Shown piece after piece: positions 28,015 through 32,000 of a stretch of DNA of 32,000 nucleotides. Both the position numbers and the translations under genes were made by a program. Under the pieces are notes generated by a model. The model made no database searches and was not told the origin of the DNA. It saw nothing but the letters and a program-made list of their open reading frames with translations. Position 1 is the first letter of the stretch. Every line of letters starts with the position of its first letter. The stretch is from assembly GCF_017876815.1 (NCBI RefSeq), contig NZ_JAGIOS010000001.1:2820001-2852000 (forward strand), given 5' to 3'. This DNA comes from Sinorhizobium meliloti (GTDB lineage: Bacteria; Pseudomonadota; Alphaproteobacteria; Rhizobiales; Rhizobiaceae).

Positions 28015-28028
28015 GTACCGTACGGTAC
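28015..28028. promoter_or_regulatory. Perfect 14-bp palindrome, candidate TetR operator in the macA/tetR divergent region
   Basis: GTACCGTACGGTAC (28015-28028) ends 2 nt before the TetR ATG 28031. CTTGAC (27974-27979) lies upstream as a possible -35. Confidence 0.45.
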
Positions 28029-28030
28029 TG

Positions 28031-29771
<1,741 letters not shown>

Positions 29772-29796
29772 GATCCGCCTGCGATGAACAGAAAGG

Positions 29797-29829
29797 AAGC
29801 CGGAGCCCACGCTCCGGCTTTCTTATTTT
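29797..29829 (+). terminator. Rho-independent terminator after ilvC
   Basis: 10-bp stem AAGCCGGAGC/GCTCCGGCTT (29797-29806 and 29811-29820) with a 4-nt loop, followed by TCTTATTTT (29821-29829). Confidence 0.7.
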
Positions 29830-29836
29830 CAGCGTC

Positions 29837-30091
29837 TTACATCGGATCCTTACCCTTCATGGCATTCGCCATATGGGACTTGCACTTTTCCTGGTCGTTC
29901 GCTGCCAGTGCCTCCTTGGCCATGGCGAGCTCCTTCTGCGCCATCTCCTTCCGGCCCGTGTCGGTGATCTGGCCCACGTCAGTCTCGAGCCTCGTCATGC
30001 CTGCCTGGTCGCAGACCATATCGGCCTGGGCAAAGGCTGGGGACACGCAAGCGGCGGATATCGCGGCTGCAACCAACATTTTCCTCAACAT
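29837..30091 (-). CDS. Small secreted hypothetical protein (84 aa)
   Basis: GGAGG lies 6 nt before ATG 30091. Signal peptide MLRKMLVAAAISAACVSPAFAQA. Helical Lys/Glu/Ala/Met-rich mature part with two Cys. The track start at 30127 lacks an RBS. Confidence 0.55.
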   Translation of the reverse strand: MLRKMLVAAAISAACVSPAFAQADMVCDQAGMTRLETDVGQITDTGRKEMAQKELAMAKEALAANDQEKCKSHMANAMKGKDPM

Positions 30092-30325
30092 CTGTAACCT
30101 CCAGTTTCGTCGCTTCATGCGATACACGGCTCCAAACCGCCGAGGGACCGATCAGTTCCTTGCAGCAGGCTGCAGGTGCTCCCGCACGGGAAGCCGCTAC
30201 ACACTTTTCCCGGAAATGCTCCAAGCGCGCAGTGATGCCGCGGCAGATGCGTACGGCATTGAGAATCGCGACGGCGTCGCTATGGTGCCAGCGAGGCTCA
30301 GGCCTTCGAGCGAGGGCGAAATCCG

Positions 30326-31279
30326 ATGCCACCAACACGCCGTAAGCTGACCACCATCTTCTGTGCCGACGTGCAGGACTATTCGCGCCTGATGGGCAAA
30401 GACGAGGAGGGAACGCTTGCGGCTCTCAAGCGCAGCCGGGATGCCATGGCGCGCCTGATCGAGGCGCGTGAGGGACGGGTGGTCAACACCTGGGGCGACG
30501 GGGTGATCGCGGAGTTTCCGAGCGTAGTCGAGGCGGTGAGGGCGGCGATAGACGTTCAGAACGAGTTGGCCGGACTGAATGCCGAACGGCACGGCGAGGC
30601 GCGGATGGATTATCGCATCGGCCTCAATCTCGGCGATGTGATCGCTGACGGCGACGACCTTTACGGCGACGGCGTCAATATCGCGGCCCGCCTGCAAGCC
30701 TCGGCACCGGCCGGTGGCATCGTGATTTCGAGCACCGTCTATGATCAGGTTCGCAACAAGCTGGCCGTCGGCTTCGAATTCCTTGGCGCGCTGACGGTCA
30801 AGAATATCGACGGGGGCGTTCCGAGTTATGTGGTCCAGATCGGAACGGCCGAGGGCACGGTGTCGCACAAAGGGGGCAGCGACTGGGGGCGACCGGGTGC
30901 ACTTTCGGACCGCGGGACCCCGGCCGCCGACACCGGGGCAGGGCGAGCGACGATCGTCGAACGCACAGCGGCAGGCCGTCGCCTTTTTGGCGTCCTCGCC
31001 GTAGCCGCAGCGGCGGTCGTTGCCGTAAATCTGCTTTCCTGGGAGGGAACGTTCTGGGCCAGATGGCCCCTATTTGCGCTGGCCTTGATCGGGGTGCTCC
31101 GTTGCCTATGGACGTCCACGCGGCTCGACCGCGGGCTCGCCCTGCTCGGGGCAGCCGGATTTGCGGTCCTTGCGGTCAATCTCCTTTCCTGGGAGGGGAG
31201 ATTCTGGGCGGTATGGCCTCTGCTTGGAATTGCGGTTGCGGCGGGAATTCGGTGGGTCACGCGCCGTCCCGTGCAGTGA
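30326..31279 (+). CDS. Class III adenylate/guanylate cyclase with a C-terminal duplicated membrane module
   Basis: TIFCADVQDYSRLM...VNTWGDGVIAEFPS...GDVI...GDGVNIAARLQ...GGIVIS is the cyclase catalytic domain. The C-terminus carries two copies of AVNLLSWEG-FWA-WPL hydrophobic hairpins (about 31000-31260). Confidence 0.85.
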   Translation: MPPTRRKLTTIFCADVQDYSRLMGKDEEGTLAALKRSRDAMARLIEAREGRVVNTWGDGVIAEFPSVVEAVRAAIDVQNELAGLNAERHGEARMDYRIGLNLGDVIADGDDLYGDGVNIAARLQASAPAGGIVISSTVYDQVRNKLAVGFEFLGALTVKNIDGGVPSYVVQIGTAEGTVSHKGGSDWGRPGALSDRGTPAADTGAGRATIVERTAAGRRLFGVLAVAAAAVVAVNLLSWEGTFWARWPLFALALIGVLRCLWTSTRLDRGLALLGAAGFAVLAVNLLSWEGRFWAVWPLLGIAVAAGIRWVTRRPVQ

Positions 31280-31434
31280 GCACCGGCTCGCATAGGTTAA
31301 GCGGCGGAAGGGATGCGGTGTAACCGGAAGTTGACGGGACTCGGCAAGCCGTGCATTGTGCGCGCCAGGGAAGATAAAGCCCAGCAGGCATTCGTATCGG
31401 GACGACGTTCAGATAAACCTTTTCGGGGGGCACT

Positions 31435-32000
31435 GTGGGGAGAGGCCGGGAGTTCCTTTGTGCGGCGGCGCTGGCGTTGGCCGTGGCTGCGCCGGCAGCG
31501 GCGGCGGATCTGGTGATCGCAATGCCGCCCTGGCCATCCGGACAGGCAGCCGCGAATATTCTCAAGCTCGGCATCGCCAAGAAATTCAGCCTTGAGGCGG
31601 AGGTGCGCGAACTCGGGACGCTGACCGCCTTCATCGGCCTCGAAAAGGGGGAGGTCGATATCCAGCCGGAGGTTTGGCGGCCGAATTTCGACGAACTCGT
31701 CCGCAAATTCGTGACCGAAAAAGGCGTCGTGACGCTTAGCGAGCGTGCGGTACCGGCATGGCAGGGGATTTGCGCCACGCCGGAAGCGGCTGCGACGATC
31801 AAGTCCGTCGCGGATCTCGGCGATCCGGCCAAGACCAAGATCCTGGATACCGACGGCGACGGGCGCGGCGAAATGTGGATCGGTGCCGCCGAATGGCTTT
31901 CGACGGGCATCGAACGGGCGCGGGCGGCGGGCTACGGCTATGCGGCGAACCTGACGCTCGTCGAGGCCAAGGAGGAAGTAGCGATGGCGGCGGTCGACGC
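31435..32000 (+). CDS. Periplasmic substrate-binding protein, glycine betaine/choline (OpuAC/ProX-like) type; 3' end outside the window
   Basis: My translation from GTG 31435 is MGRGREFLCAAALALAVAAPAAAADLVIAMPPWPSGQAAANILKLGIAKKF...GEVDIQPEVWRPNF...WQGICATPEAA...DTDGDGRGEMWIGAAEW. It has a signal peptide plus an OpuAC-like pattern. It is absent from the ORF track because there is no stop within the window. The start codon is uncertain. Confidence 0.7.
   Translation, partial: MGRGREFLCAAALALAVAAPAAAADLVIAMPPWPSGQAAANILKLGIAKKFSLEAEVRELGTLTAFIGLEKGEVDIQPEVWRPNFDELVRKFVTEKGVVTLSERAVPAWQGICATPEAAATIKSVADLGDPAKTKILDTDGDGRGEMWIGAAEWLSTGIERARAAGYGYAANLTLVEAKEEVAMAAVD

Noticed and set aside
31257-31910. 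217-aa minus-strand ORF
   Set aside because: It is antisense to the betaine-type substrate-binding protein gene, which has a signal peptide and family motifs on the plus strand.

Overview
High-GC (roughly 60%+) alphaproteobacterial DNA. Gene content and intergenic repeats look Rhizobiaceae-like (Sinorhizobium/Ensifer-type); that assignment is inference only. Most of the window is ordinary chromosomal housekeeping or accessory metabolism: pdxJ, ilvC, a type II NADH dehydrogenase, a macAB efflux pair with a TetR regulator, MocR/Lrp/HxlR/RpiR regulators, two racemase-family genes, an APH-family kinase, a thermonuclease homologue, a second class III cyclase and a partial betaine-type binding protein. 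I saw no rRNA, tRNA, CRISPR, transposase or integrase.

Two regions stand out.

(1) 1-6597 is a tightly packed five-gene plus-strand operon: a cyclase-AAA/STAND-TPR protein, a YcaO-family enzyme, a TfuA-like protein, a cytoplasmic HExxH (thermolysin-like motif) protein and a 231-aa orphan protein. YcaO+TfuA is the known backbone-thioamidation pair. I found no obvious short precursor gene and none of the usual RiPP accessory genes. This is my best candidate for an uncharacterised modification system.

(2) 22908-24472 holds a secreted protein with extreme poly-Gly and GKGHQDN-type repeats, encoded by 21/42-bp and 24/27-bp tandem DNA repeats. It sits behind a roughly 20% GC promoter island and is divergent from a LapG/BTLCP-like periplasmic cysteine protease, which lies next to macAB.

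Other observations are a frameshifted MFS transporter, a REP/MITE-like inverted and tandem repeat, a perfect palindrome operator candidate at the TetR gene, and several start-codon corrections relative to the ORF track.
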